From Ginkgo biloba (Eukaryota; Plantae; Ginkgophyta): a stretch of 21,110 bases of DNA. The DNA lies in contig JANKJI020000004.1 in assembly GCA_024626585.2 (NCBI GenBank), positions 124,964,837 through 124,985,946 of the forward strand, written 5' to 3'. The notes beneath the pieces are model-generated. The model was given only the letters and a program-made list of their open reading frames with translations, had not been told where the DNA came from and did not search any database. A program made the translations under genes and the position numbers. This document shows, in pieces, positions 20,291 to 21,110 of this stretch. Each line of letters opens with the position of its first letter. The first letter of the stretch is position 1.

Positions 20291-20699
20291 AGACTTTCTT
20301 AGGATAGTAATCAACCTTTGAAAATGGATTCTTGGAAATGGTTTGGACAAGTAGTTCAATTAGTTCCTAGATGTCAAGATTATTTGGATAATTTACAAAG
20401 TGTGATGTCTTAAGAAAAAATTGAAAAATAAAAATGAATATGTGAAGAGCTTGATGATCAACCTTAAGTTTGATAGTTATTAATGAACCACATATGTGAA
20501 AGACTTGTTAGTAGACTGGTAGGTATAATGGTTTGTTACCCATGTATAGTGTATGGGCTTTCTTTTATATGGACATAAGCACACATATTCGAAATAAGGA
20601 AGCATAAGTGATGGCATACTATAGCAACCTAATAACCAATAATAATAAATTCGTCAAATACTCCTAGGTACCTTTTAATATTTAATCTATAAAGTCTAT

Positions 20700-21110
20700 T
20701 AAAGATAAATATATTATGCAAGGTGATGAGCAACATAAGGCAATCAAGTTTATGGAGTACATTCAACAGATACATAGGCAAGTCAAAGAGTAACTATAGA
20801 TGGGTTAGTAGTGGTATAAGGAGCGACATGACCATCATAGAATTGCTCATACTCTTAGAGTGGGAGACATGATTTGGTTGTACCTTAGTAAAAAGAAGTT
20901 ACAAGATATAATAAAGAAGTTAAAACCCATTATGTATGGTCCATTCAAGATTATATAACAGATAGGAGAGAATGCATTCTGACTATATTTGTTGCCTTAG
21001 GGGATTTATTCCATTGTTAATTCGAAAAACTTGAAGTTGTTTGAGCCTTCCATGCTTGAAGAAGATGAAGAGGCAGGACCAATTTTACCATTAATAGAAG
21101 ATTGTTGCTG
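20700..21110 (+). mobile_element. Ty3/Gypsy integrase C-terminal (GPY/F) relic, running off the window
   Basis: KAIKFMEYIQQIHRQVKE*L...YKERHDHHRIAHTLRVGDMIWLYLSK...KKLKPIMYGPFKII*QIGENAF*LYL...IYSIVNSKNLKLFEP. Confidence 0.92.

Overview
This is AT-rich eukaryotic genomic DNA broken by about 22 N-runs. It is almost certainly from a seed plant, and the TE families suggest a gymnosperm/conifer-like host (inference). Most of the window is a nested graveyard of heavily deaminated transposon relics: Ty3/Gypsy gag (~3.9-4.7 kb, +), Athila/Tat-type integrase plus a 3' accessory ORF (~6.7-8.6 kb, -), three L1-type LINE fragments, a 5' LTR with PBS and gag (10.7-11.6 kb), a MULE remnant and a CRM-like chromovirus gag-PR-RT-INT relic (18.4-21.1 kb). 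One intact, intronless, CpG-rich 288-aa ORF with no recognisable family (8777-9643, -; NLS, N/D repeat, two coiled coils) sits in the middle. It has a TATA box, two uORFs and a 3-copy tandem repeat upstream, and a textbook Helitron 3' end lies 9 bp past its stop codon. The ORF track misses two other things. One is a decayed reading frame at ~1.27-1.82 kb encoding a duplicated ~49-aa Trp-containing module plus a transmembrane helix. The other is a possible endogenous caulimovirid protease/RNase H relic split by a LINE (12.6-14.8 kb). All family calls come from manual translation and motif recall; no database searches were run.
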